This document shows positions 51,418 to 64,000 of a stretch of DNA of 64,000 nucleotides, in pieces. A model generated the notes under the pieces. The model was not told the origin of the DNA. It searched no databases and saw only the letters and a list, made by a program, of their open reading frames with translations. A program made the position numbers and the translations under genes. The stretch comes from Trichoplax adhaerens (lineage: Eukaryota; Animalia; Placozoa). Every line of letters begins with the position of its first letter. Positions within the stretch are counted from its first letter, which is position 1. The stretch covers positions 3,138,152-3,202,151 of the forward strand of contig NW_002060944.1 in assembly GCF_000150275.1 (NCBI RefSeq). Direction: 5' to 3'.

Positions 51418-54400
51418 ATGCGTCTATTAATAGTGCTCTTTTGCTTTATAGGCTATGTTTCAAGTCAAAGCAACGGTATGTGGTAATACTAATATATAAT
51501 CTTGGTATCTAATATTAGCTAATGTAAATGATATTTTAAAGCTATATAGATACTATAGATAGCTAAGACCATACATCAATTACATATTTCTACGTTAACT
51601 AAATTTTTCCATCGATATAAGAACTACCACATGTTGCTATCTTTCCTTTATTGCTAGAATTATTTCGTTGAAACCTTGTTAAAATTAATTGCACACTATT
51701 TTATGTTCAAAAGCTTTACGTAAAGTCACTACGAAAAATATTTTTTCTAAAAAATCAACTCTAAATGCCAATGTAGTTCTCATCTATCTTACCTATGCCT
51801 TAATTATTTCGTTTAAATATCTATTCTTCTTAATTTAATAGTCGAAAATGATATATTCTTCTTCCTAGCCTTCACACAAATCTTTCGGAAGATTTCAGTA
51901 ATTTCATCCGCGCCATTTTCATTTGTAATTTTTAATACAGATCATCTTAACACACACACTGATATAGAGTTTCTCGGCTATCAAGCTTTCATTCGCAAAT
52001 AATATCAAAGATTTAAGTCTGGCATAGATTAAAATAGATTAGTTAAGTATAGCTATAATTAAAAGTTACCGCCTCAACGAGAGAATATATCGTTTATAAC
52101 TATTAAATTAAAGCTTGTAGACAATTGCTGTTATTCTAAAAAAAGCTCATGACTGAAATAATCATGAAATTCTCCTACTGCTTTGATAAAATAAGTCTGT
52201 ATGAATTAGCGGATTCCATGAATAGATTCTACAAGATTCAGAGTGATAATTAAGTGTATTTTAATATGAGAACATTCGACGTAGTGAAATAATTTTTCTG
52301 CTCTACTGGCTTATCAAAAGTAAATCACAATTGCGAAATTTATTAATGCGGTATAACTTGGTAATTATCTTTTAGTATGAAAATCTAGTTGTCTATAATT
52401 ATATAAGAAAGTAAAACTTGAGTGAAAGTGAAAATTTTAAAATAATCATGAAAACGTGTCCAAATCCTAATGTTGCCTCAATTCTAAAGGCTACATTTCG
52501 TGATGAGCTACTGTCAAGTCATTAAAATTCCACTACTTTATATCCGATTGCAAGCTGTCAGGACATGAATAAATTCTAGTAAAGATTTGATCTTTTTGGA
52601 CATTTATTTGAATAATTTCATTCTAAATATTCGTCAAGTGCGTTAATTCTCGACCTTTCATGCCAAGATCAACATTGACGTTACCAGCTGTAATTGTTAT
52701 TATAATTACTTTAATCTCATGATCCAAAATAAATTACTATTTTAATCCTTTTGAAAAGCGATTAAGATTAAATTAAATTATATCCAAACTGGATGTAATT
52801 TGCGAGAAAAAATGGAACTAAATTTGCAGTTTTGCTGGTGCCTAATTGAATTTGATCCGCCGTGATTTTGATCTAATCAAGAACTTTTCCTCAACGATCT
52901 AGAACATTGAAATGTTTTTTTCTTACTTTCTTCCGGACTATGCAAATAATATCAAATTATCATTAAATAAACAGTCAACTAGAGTTATCGTCTAAATATT
53001 AAAAGTTGAATTTCTGACAACTTGTTGATCAAAAGAAATCAATCTTTTCTTTACAATTCTTATTACTAAATAACATTAACTAGTCAATTATTGCAAGAAC
53101 AAGCCCAAACGTATGTTTTTTAATATCACTTTTGGCAGTAAATAATGTCCCTTCATTTATATTAATTAAAAACGTTAATAAGCTGTCTATGGGCATGGCC
53201 TTAGGTCGATCAGATCACAAATAGTTATACTTTATAACTGTTTTATACCTTGTTCTGCTGGTATTGATAGGTCAGGTTCGTCTAGTTGGTGGGAATACTC
53301 CTAATCAAGGTCGAGTCGAAGTCTATTATCAAGGAACATGGGGATCCGTTTGCGATGACTATTTCAATATCAGTACTGCTAATGTTGTCTGCAGACAACT
53401 CGGATACAGTTCTGCTCAGGCAGCCAGATGTTGTGCTGCCTACGGACAAAGTGCTGGACCTATCCTATTAGATGATGTGTTTTGCAATGGTGATGAATCA
53501 TCCATTACCCAATGCCAGCATAATTCGTGGTATCGCAATGATTGTGCACATTCAGAAGATGTTGGTGTTGTGTGTACAAGTAAGAGTGATTATGCGTTAT
53601 ATAATATTTCGACTTACAACATTTCTAGTATCGCAGCTATAAATTTTTACGTAGAAACGATGAGCAAGAAATTAATCAATATAAAAGTTACTTAGGATTT
53701 TACTATTTTCTATCACTAATTGTAGTTGAATCCAACTGGGATCCGTTTCAATCAAGTAAGCCCAGTATATTATATAAATTAAAAATTATATCCATTTTCC
53801 TGCTGGGATACTTGTATATTATCTAAAATCTTAATCTCAAATTAGATTCCTTCGCTATACGTCTTGCTGGGGGAAGACTACCTCATGAAGGTCGTCTAGA
53901 AGTTCGTCACAAGGGCCAATGGGGAACCGTTTGCGATGATTATTTCAACAGAGTTACCGCTGATGTTGCTTGTCGCCAATTAGGTTATACAGGAGCAGTT
54001 AATGTAGGCTGTTGTGCGGTTTTTGGACCTGGGTCTGGGCCAATCTGGCTGGATGATGTTAAATGCCAAGGCCACGAATCATCTCTTGATCAATGCAGCC
54101 ACAGACCATTCGCTTATACTAATTGTGGACACGGAGAAGATGTTAGCATCACGTGTAATCGTAAGTTTTCATTTTAGATAACATTTCGTTTGGTGCCCAT
54201 ATATTTCATAAGAGAAAGAACTAATGATGAATTACAACTTGGATATAGCTTATTATAACAGTACAACTGTTACGCCAGTTCCAACTGCCTTTTATAGTAA
54301 GTCGTTCTATCCATTATATTCTATTTGTTGTTCAATCTTAGCTTAAACTAAATTAAAATAGCAGATATATTACGGCGGAGGTACTAGATCTATTTCGCAA

Positions 54401-57400
54401 GTATTTCTATACAGCCATTTAACATTTAAATGTAATTATAAATTTGCAATGCTAAATATTAATCCTACTAATACAAGATAAATGCAGACAAGTGATTTCG
54501 ATTCTAATCGTAAATTATGAAAATACAGCATAGATAAATTGAACGATAGAAGAGACTTTAACGATTAAATTTTTTAACCATTTATTTATGACAATAGCTC
54601 CAACTCCACCAAGAAATCTTACAGGTTTATTGCACTTACCTATTATTAAGGATATCTTAATCTTAAGCTGAGCATATACGATCTTGACGCTGTAATTCTT
54701 ATTTTTCAACAGGAAATAGTTCTTGCTCTTCTGTTAGGTGTTACAATGGTGGCTCATGTTTGTCTCATAATAATACCTATATGTGCGTGTGTTCTGGAAA
54801 TTATTACGGAAACAATTGCCAATATGGTAAAATTGCTGATAAATAGTAATTACTAGTGCGATAAATATAATTGTAATGATTCGGTAGCTACAATGGATCC
54901 AATTTAGTTCACTTAGATGGGCTGAATAAGGTTCAAGAATTTGGACTATAGCCTAGTTTTAATGGCTAAAAATTCGAAATAAATTTAACAGATAGCTGAT
55001 TGTTGTTCAAGTATTAACTGTTATACTATAGAGCAATGCTGAAAAACGTTCACAATTTAGATTGTAACATAGATTTAATAGCATATTATTCTAATAAATC
55101 AAGCAGATAGCTGATTGTAGTTGAAGTGTTAGTTGCTATTCTATATAGCTTTACGAACCTATTGATATTAACACTCGTAAGGGTCTTTAGGCTTTGATTA
55201 CATACAGTATTCCGCGAAAGATCTTGATAATTAATTTGTCCATGCTACATAAAATAATGATACTACGTGTGTAATATAGATTTGGTACGCTATTTAAGCC
55301 TATGCGAGCCAATTAGAATTATTAACTTACATAAATATTACTTTTCCGAGCCGTATTCCTATAAGAATTTCACGCAGCTATTACATAAAGCGTCAATTTA
55401 TTACATTTTAAGATATAAATTCTTATATTGCATTCATTTCGAACCGTATTCCTTAAAGAATCCCATGTAGTTCTTACATAAGGCGTCAATTTATTACGTT
55501 TTAAGATAAAAATTGTATACAGCGCTCTAATAGCAGGAGTAAATTAAAATTTATATCCGTTTCTTGACCCTATTCAAAGCCGGTAGATTTGATTTACGAC
55601 TTGTTAATGGGCCCAACTACGCCTCTGGACGTGTAGAAGTCTTATATCAAGGTACCTGGGGTACTGTATGCGATGATAACTTTGGTTCTATCGATGCTGG
55701 GGTTGTTTGCAAAGAACTTGGCTTTATGTATGCCGTTTCTTCTTATAACAGTGGTTATTTCGGTACCGGCAAAGGACCAATTTGGCTTGATGATGTAGCT
55801 TGCCGTGGTAATGAACAAACCATTGCAAATTGCAGCCATAGAGGTTGGGGAAATCACAATTGTGGCCACCACGAAGATGTTGGTGTAGTCTGTCGTGATG
55901 GTAAGTGAATGAAATCCATAATTACGGTATGCTTCTCGAAATAATCATATGGAGATAAAGGTGATAAACTTACGTAGCTATTTTTGATCAATTATTTTAT
56001 TCCTTCATTGTAGTAAATTACGTTCCTGCCAGGCTGGTTGGTGGTAGTGGACATGATTCTGGGCGATTAGAAGTATTTTATAAAGGTGTCTGGGGTACTG
56101 TATGTGATGATGGTTTCAGTATGACCAATGCTGATGTTGTCTGCCAGCAATTGGGTTTCGTCAGTGCCATCAGCTACAGTAATGGTCAAAATTCAGGACA
56201 AGGTGTAATTTGGCTAGATGATGTCTACTGCAATGGTTCGGAGAGTAATTTAGCGGCATGCAGACATAATTACTGGGGACATCACAATTGCAATCATAGA
56301 GAAGATGTTAATTTACGTTGCTTTGCTGGTATATCAATAAATAAAATCTCTTATAACACCACTAGATATGAATTATTCTACATTTCTAAACTTTAAATGG
56401 CTTTTTGCCATTAAAACAAATTTATCGCTAACGGTTGTTCTATGATTAATTAATTATCTGTAATCATATAACTTAGGTGCTACGCCAATACCAGAAGGGC
56501 CTACGCACGGTAAGTCATTTCCGTATAGTTACGTTAACTGATTGCAAATATCTAAAACTTAATATGCAGGTTTTTAGTTGCATTTTTACTCTATTGTTGG
56601 GCTCAATTACTCCTTTTATTTTCAATCTGTCTGGCATAAATTTACTATTGTTAAGTTTCAGAATACTAATAACATATGTGCTTCTTCTTATTAAATTCAT
56701 AGATTATGACCCATGCTCATCCAATCCTTGTTATAATAATGGCGTATGCTACGTCAATTTTAATAACACGTATACCTGTTACTGCAATAGCAATTACACC
56801 GGAAATCGATGTCAGTACTGTGAGTAAAGAAATCGTCTTTTAAATCATTTGAAAATTAGCAAGGCTATTCCTTCGTTTTATTTCAACTTCAATTTGGGGT
56901 CACAATCGTGCAAAACCTAATAGTTCTTATTGGAATGATTTTGCTATCTTTTATAATTAAACTGGCATTGACGGCAACAATATAGATATTAATCCATCCA
57001 CTCCATCAACTCAAGGTAGGGAAATAACCCACTTTTTATCGGTTATTCCCAAAACTTAAATTTGTGCTCGATCTATTTGTTAAAATAATTTCAGTTTTCT
57101 AATACTTACACTTTTCTTTTTTCATACTGTAGAGCCAGCTAGTAAGTAAAGATGCATGGCAAGATAATAATCTACAATAAAAATTACGATCTTTATCAGG
57201 ATTTATATAGAAGAATCAGCAATTACTTGACTTTTAATTACTGCACTGGTATTTAACCTCCTCAATCGCAGATGTTATCAGCGCTCTAAGCTGCGATTTT
57301 GAATCGAACTTTTGCAACTGGCGCTACCCAAGTAGCGCTAATCATAGCCATGTATTTCAATGGACTAGAAGATATGGGCATACACCATCTGCTGTTACCG

Positions 57401-60400
57401 GTCCTTCTCATGATCATACCTTTGGATCACAATCAAGTTGAGTAGCGATAACTACAACAATAATTTACTCTTTAGACTTGATATATACTAGTGTAGTGAA
57501 TAAGGCTACAAAAATGTATAAGATTTGTTCCGAATTGAAAGCGATATTGGCTAAGATATATTTTATCAAAGATATAGATTTTGAGCTTATCGCATCATTT
57601 GTATCGACTACTTTGATTATACGTGCACTTTAAAAGTTGTATTACTACTTCATTTTAAATGTATACTCTTATTGATTTAAATAGCTGGTTGCTACATTTA
57701 TACCGAGGTATCCTATCCACGCATTAAAGGAGACAAATTTGTTATTGAGAGTAATGCGATCTACATTAATCAGCCATTTTGTTTTGGCTTCTGGTATAAT
57801 ATGAACGGAGATACTATCGGCCAACTACAAGTAGAAGATATTAATAATCATATAGTCACAATCAGTGGCAATCGAGGAGATGTATGGTATCAATATAGAA
57901 CCACCCTTCAACCTGGCACTCATAAGGTAGCGTATATACTTATTGTAAAGGTATATCGGCTATTAAAAACATATTCACCACACACGCTTTTTCTAGCTTA
58001 TGCCATAGCTTCCAAGATATGAATACTCCAATCATATTTATAGCTACTGTATTTATAGATATATACTGTACACTGTATTTATTGATTACATGAAATATGG
58101 TTTATATGTTTCACTTTATATTTTACATCTGGGAAATAACTTCTGCAATTATGTAATAATAGATCCACTTCATCGGAGTTGCTGGCAGCAGCTTTACAGG
58201 CGATATCGCCATCGATGATGTATCAGCAACACTAGGACATTGTGGTAAGTTATTAATGCTTCTGTATCCAGTTACAAGATTAATTGAGTTTCCAAATAAA
58301 ATTGATTAAATCGTTCACAATTTTTGTACGTAAAAGAAATAGAATACTTCCAGTTTTCGCATATGAATAAGTGAATTGGTGAGGCCTATTTTGATCTTTT
58401 AGACGTCTCATTTAAAGGCATATTAATTGAACTATTGTATTGTAATGGTTCAAGAGCAGGAATCTATATCATGTAGGCACTGCCTGAATCAAGCGCTAGA
58501 TATACTTTTTTAAATAGCTACGTAAAATAGTGTAAAATCGACGGATATATAAGCCATACTCGTACTTTTACTTCATCCATGAAAGGAGATACTACGTGTG
58601 ATAAAACCCTTTATTCCAATTAATGCTTTGAAAGTTAAACTTGAGCTAGTAGATAGATATAGCCCTCAAAATACTTAAGCTGCTTTCAATTGCAAGTATC
58701 CATTCCCTTTGTAATAATATTCTCTGATATTAATTTCTGCTCATTTTCTTATATTATTCTACAATGCTAACAACAGAAAATGAAATTCGACTAGTAAATG
58801 GTGATAGTACATCAGGTAGATTGGAAATATATCGCAATGGTATTTGGGGTACAGTCTGCGATGATCATTTCGATATGACAGACGCTTTCGTGGCATGCAG
58901 GCAATTAGGCTTTTTATCAGCCGTAAGATATTACTGCTGCGGCCATTTTGGATACGGTAGCGGTGCGATCTTGCTTGATGATCTGCATTGCCAAGGTAAC
59001 GAAAGTTCCCTTAGTCAGTGTTCACATCGCGGTTGGGGATCACATAACTGTGGCCATAGTGAAGATGTCGGCGTGCAATGTTCTAATGGTAGGAGAAATG
59101 ATATAATAGAAAATGACGTACAATATTGAACTTATAAGACACATGTTCATATTATCCCTTCCTACCATAAAATAATGATATAACGTAAATCTGGCATTGT
59201 CTATCGGTAATATAAAGTTGCTATGACAATCTACCTACCGTACATGAGCGCCGAGTAATATTATCAATATATCCTGATAGTAATTAATTACATTGACTGT
59301 AATTGCATAAATAATATGTACTCATTAGCAGTATATTTTACAGTATATGCATAAATACCATGAATTATAAAAATGTTGGCCAATTTTCGTAGAAAATTGT
59401 TTGAAAATCTGTTTTAGTTTCGGTACATACGGTATATCATAACTTGTAAGTTCGTATCTTTGTAAGAGTATTGCCCTCGCAAGGCAGATTTGTTGTTCAA
59501 GTACTGCAGTACCGTAAATAAGTTTTCCATCTCATATCTATCACGTTACAATTGCACATAATACCTACGAAATATTTATTCTGTTCGTTATGGCTGCACA
59601 AATTGTAGTTAATAAATGAATGTGCAAGCCGAAGCTTTAGATTTCTTGAATAATTTTACGGGTTTTAATTACAACTCACTTCTCGCATGTAGCACCTGCT
59701 CCATGTTTTTCTAATCCTTGCCTCAATAATGGTACGTGCTCTGCCGCTAATGCTAGCTACAGTTGTTCCTGTTCGCCAAGATACTACGGAGATCACTGTC
59801 AATACTGTTAGTATATGTATATAAAAATTAACCTACCATATTAACATGTGCAAAGATGATAAATCTTTCAGATTAGAAATAGTTTTACTTACTTTTACTG
59901 GCACAATCAAGTTGCTATATTTACAGTCGAATTGCTTTTTACATTTTCTTGTTTTTTCACAGATAACTATCTATTTCCCACAACCGGTAAAAATCATGTA
60001 ATCTAAGCTAGTATATGTTCATTATTTAAACTTTGTAACCTGAAGTACAGTAAGCCTTTATGTTATGTGTGATTTAGAATCTGCTATAACGTTATAATTG
60101 CTGTATTTTCTAACCACACTCGACTGAATTTGTGTTATAGCATATAATCCATGTTCCTCAAATCCTTGCTTTAATAACGGTACATGTTATAACTATAACA
60201 CGTCCTATTACTGTGGATGCCAAGGAAATTACTACGGCAACAGATGTCAATACTGTTAGTATATCAGCTTATAATGACATTTAACACAAATTTCATTACT
60301 TTTATAGTCTTATATTAATAATTACAATCCATTGAAAACCTATAATCAAATTTAAAAACATTTATAATAGCAAATTTATCGTATACCGCACCAAGTCTTT

Positions 60401-63400
60401 TCAATTTACAACAGGAACCATTGTCTATACTATGAATACACCAGAATGATTCTATATAACCCATTATTGATAGCTATAAAATTTATAGTAGTGACGATAA
60501 AAATATTAATAATCCTTAATTTCTATAATTACCATAATATACCATCTTTTCCCCATAGATACTAACCCGACTACACCTCCATCATCAGGTAATAAGATCT
60601 ACAGCATGCACAATATCTAAGATGTATTGACGGGTTATAAATTCGCAGCAATGTCACTAATAATGGCGTGCGAGAAAGTTTCCAAGCTGTTAAACATGCA
60701 CTATTTTTAGATTAACTCTATGAATTTATATCGCAAACATCGATTCAATCTACGAAAGCCATAGATATAGTTATTAAACTTATTATTATAGTTCTGGTAA
60801 TGTATAATATGTGTGTTCATCTATGTCACTCAGATTATCTTCGACAACTAAATTGCAATTTCGAGTACGATTTCTGCTATTGGCGTAAACCCAACGGTAA
60901 TTCTTCTTTAGCTTGGACAAGGCATCGTGGTCAAACACCCAGTTTCAATACAGGGCCTACGTACGATCATACATACGGAAATTCTTCAGGTTTGTTAACC
61001 ACCGTAAGCAAGCCTTAATTCTATCTTACACTTGTAATGAGATAATAATCGCTTGTCCTAAATAACAATTAAGATAAGCGAGTGGCGTTACAGCTAGACT
61101 AATAATAGTTAGTCTTAGCATCTTATACAGCCAGTTTAAAAATTTTTTATGTAAAAACCTTCGTACTATTGATGCACTTTTTAGTTAAATATGATCAGAT
61201 ACTTCGTAAGATCAGCAAATAATAGAATATGGCATAGAATATTTAAATATTGAAATTAATGAATATTAACAAAAACCTATGGCATATTTATAGGTTACTA
61301 TATTTATACTGAAACTTCATCGCCAACAGCCAACGACGATGAATTCATTCTGGAAAGTCCGTCCATGTATAGCGCCAGCCCATTCTGTTTCTCATTCTGG
61401 TATAACTTAAATGGTAATACAATTAATCACCTCTNNNNNNNNNNNNNNNNNNNNNNNNNNNNNNNNNNNNNNNNNNNNNNNNNNTGCATGCATATACATA
61501 AAATATTTTACAGATAGCATATGAATGATTTATTGCTTTTTGTGTGATTACGTCCATTTTATAAAAATGATATCAGCTTTCTAATGTACTCGTATATACG
61601 TACTTTTTACTGTCTTTTCCACTTTAAGATCAAAATCCAACAACTTCAACGCCAGGTAAAGTAATAATAATTGATCATACTTGTCATAAACTAGGATACA
61701 ATTATTTTAGAATGTTCCGATAGTTAAAAAAGTCATCTTACATATTATCATAACCCTTTTTTTGAACAGCATATAACCCGTGCTCGTCAGGTCCCTGCTA
61801 CAATAATGGTACTTGCTATAACAATAATGGCTCCTACGCTTGCGCCTGCGAAGGAAATTACTACGGCTACAGATGCCAATATTGTTAGTATACATTTGAT
61901 CCTGATATTTTCCTTCGAGTGGTATGATTTTAATCCGTATTTATTGATACTCATTTGGTCTAAAGTTTATAATCAGACTCTTTAATACATATAGCTAGAA
62001 ATTGTGATGTATATGGTATATACTATACGTGCGAGTATAGCATAGTAGCTTATTTCTACCAAATGGCTAACATGCAGAATGTTGTTTATTTGTAATATGA
62101 TGCATTTAATACTGCGTCAATGTATCGAGGTATGGTACTAAATTTTCTTAATTAAAATATTTACCTGGTTTAGTGGCATCAACAACAAATGCACCAACAG
62201 CTTCAGGTAAAAGTGCACATCATCGATAGCAAAATTTAATATTGTTAATGAATTGAACAGGCTTCTAAATATAATATGTGGCAATTGCATTACAAGTTTT
62301 CATCATCCTATAGTTACTGTTCGCTTTTAAAATCTGACTATAGCTCTATCATTGATTATAACTTTATTGTATTATAACTCTCAATGATAGGAACTGAAGG
62401 TCAAATTCGACTTGTAAATGGCAATGGCTACTCGTCCGGCCGAGTAGAAATATATCATAACGGCGTCTGGGGAACTGTTTGTGATGATAACTTTGGTATT
62501 AGTAACGCCATAGTCATTTGTAGGCAATTAGGATTTTCATCAGCCGCTAATTACTCTTGTTGCGCTCAATATGGCCAAGGAAGTGGCACTATTTGGCTTG
62601 ATAATGTCTCTTGTAGCGGTAGTGAATCTTCCATTAGCAGTTGTAATCACAATTCTTGGGGATCACATAATTGTGGCCACAGTGAAGACGTCGGTGTAGC
62701 GTGTATAAACGGTAAGTAAAACAATTTTGAAATCTAACACGAGAGCCAGTAAATTAGTAATTTGATATTTCTATTAAATGGTGTTTATCTGTTTAAAGTA
62801 GAAACCATTACGATTGAAATACAATAAACTTAATTTTAGTTAAATTCAGAAATTAATAAATTACGTTATATGCGATAGTTTAACGAGTCATTTATTTATA
62901 GAAGTGATATGTCGCTAGTTAATTTATTTTAACAAATACTAGGTAGCTTTCTAAACTTCGTGTCTTTTATTTCTGTTACCGAAACTTTTGCCTAATGTTT
63001 TATAACATTGTAAATAATAGACAACTCTTGCTCATCAAATCCATGCTATAACGGTGGTTCTTGCGTATCGTATAGCGGTGGATATTACTGCTCTTGTAAT
63101 GGAAACTACTATGGCAATCGTTGCCAATATGGTATAAAAGCTGCTAAAATTGTTCTATAGACGCTCATATATTAAAATTATATATATCTTATAAATTTTC
63201 TTCTAATTACGAATTTAACTTTATATATCTTAGTTGATCCTTGTAGCTCTAATCCTTGCTTCAATAGCGGCTCATGCAGTATCGTTAACAACACTTACAG
63301 CTGTTACTGTAACGGAAATTACTACGGAAATCGTTGTCAATATTGTAAGTATATCATAATCTATACATGCGTATATCGTAGGAATTTATTTACAGTAATC

Positions 63401-64000
63401 CAATTTACAGCTACTAGAGAAGATTATTGACGATAGTAGTATGTATTGTAGTTCAGTAAAAGTAATAACATAATTTCTTCTATATATAGATCATAATCCG
63501 ACAACAGCTTCGACTACAGCTCCGGCTACGACTCAAACAGGTAACATATGTTTAATATGTTTTGCGATTAAATTTTTACAACATTGTGTAATTACTTCAG
63601 CATAATTAATTCTAGGCATTTAAAAGCAATACTGAGGCAATATGTAATTTATTACATAATTTGTATAGGCATTTAGTTATAGTATGATGTAAATATGTTT
63701 CAAGTTTTCATTATTCTATAGTTACTGTTCGCTTTTAAAATCTGACTATAGCTCTATCATTGATTATAACTTTATTGTATTATAACTCTCAATGATAGGA
63801 ACTGAAGGTCAAATTCGACTTGTAAATGGCAATGGCTACTCGTCCGGCCGAGTAGAAATATATCATAACGGCGTCTGGGGAACTGTTTGTGATGATAACT
63901 TTGGTATTAGTAACGCCATAGTCATTTGTAGGCAATTAGGATTTTCATCAGCCGCTAATTACTCTTGTTGCGCTCAATATGGCCAAGGAAGTGGCACTAT
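51418..64000 (+). CDS. Large DMBT1-like SRCR/EGF/MAM mosaic protein (gene B), 3'-incomplete. Signal 51418-51475; SRCR 53271-53579, 53846-54160, 55580-55900, 56014-56328, 58777-59088, 62391-62711, 63799->64000; EGF 54713-54826, 56703-56819, 59693-59806, 60141-60254, 61770-61883, 63021-63131, 63234-63344; MAM 57272-57436/57685-57926/58163-58244 and 60834-60989/61294-gap; ten linker microexons
   Basis: Signal peptide [16 protein letters not shown] with Kozak-like CAAAATG. Each domain exon has canonical SRCR (GRVEV..G.WGTVCDD..C.QLG...IWLDDV.C.G.E..C..NC.H.EDV.V.C), EGF (PC.SNPC.N.G.C...C.C...Y.G.RC) or MAM motifs. All domain boundaries are phase 1. Continuity across the gap is inferred. Confidence 0.9.
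55341..55515 (+). repeat. ~95-bp diverged tandem duplication in a gene B intron
   Basis: CGA(G/A)CCGTATTCCT..AAGAAT...TTACATAA.GCGTCAATTTATTAC.TTTTAAGATA.AAATT occurs twice. Confidence 0.75.
61435..61484. other. Assembly gap (50 N) interrupting the second MAM domain of gene B
   Basis: Run of N characters. Confidence 1.
62308..64000 (+). repeat. Perfect 285-bp duplication (62308-62592 = 63716-64000, offset 1408) covering an intron 3' end plus SRCR exon; continues past the window edge
   Basis: By-eye base comparison shows identity from CTATAGTTACTGTTCGC to GTGGCACTAT, including ~83 intronic bases. Confidence 0.93.

Noticed and set aside
45000-53270. Single giant SRCR gene spanning 38900-64000
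   Set aside because: An in-frame terminal exon with a stop (45623-45792) and a second signal-peptide exon with its own ATG (51418) indicate two genes.

Overview
Eukaryotic, AT-rich, intron-dense animal DNA with short GT-AG introns. It looks placozoan (Trichoplax-like), but that is an inference from style and gene content. I reconstructed the intact genes by hand from splice sites and translation. They are: the first exon of a minus-strand gene running off the left edge; an intronless calumenin/reticulocalbin (CREC) EF-hand protein; a 70-aa secreted, prohormone-like peptide; CDC23/ANAPC8 (15 exons); an EHMT1/2 (G9a/GLP) H3K9 methyltransferase (about 26 exons); ITPA (8 exons); and two tandem secreted/extracellular SRCR-MAM-EGF genes. 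Gene A (38900-45792) is complete and ends in an unusual tail rich in basic cleavage sites. Gene B (51418 to beyond 64000) is built from phase-1 domain cassettes and Pro/Thr/Ser microexons, crosses a 50-N gap, and contains a perfectly duplicated SRCR exon plus intron. A non-coding ~91-bp tandem satellite lies at ~19400-21413. Much of the apparent intergenic DNA seems to be decayed genes: two GPCRs, NACHT, NB-ARC/TPR, ankyrin, tetraspanin-like and LRR-like remnants. TACAGTA/TACTGTA motif clusters mark the 5' ends of the housekeeping genes. No rRNA, tRNA, CRISPR array or intact transposon was recognised.
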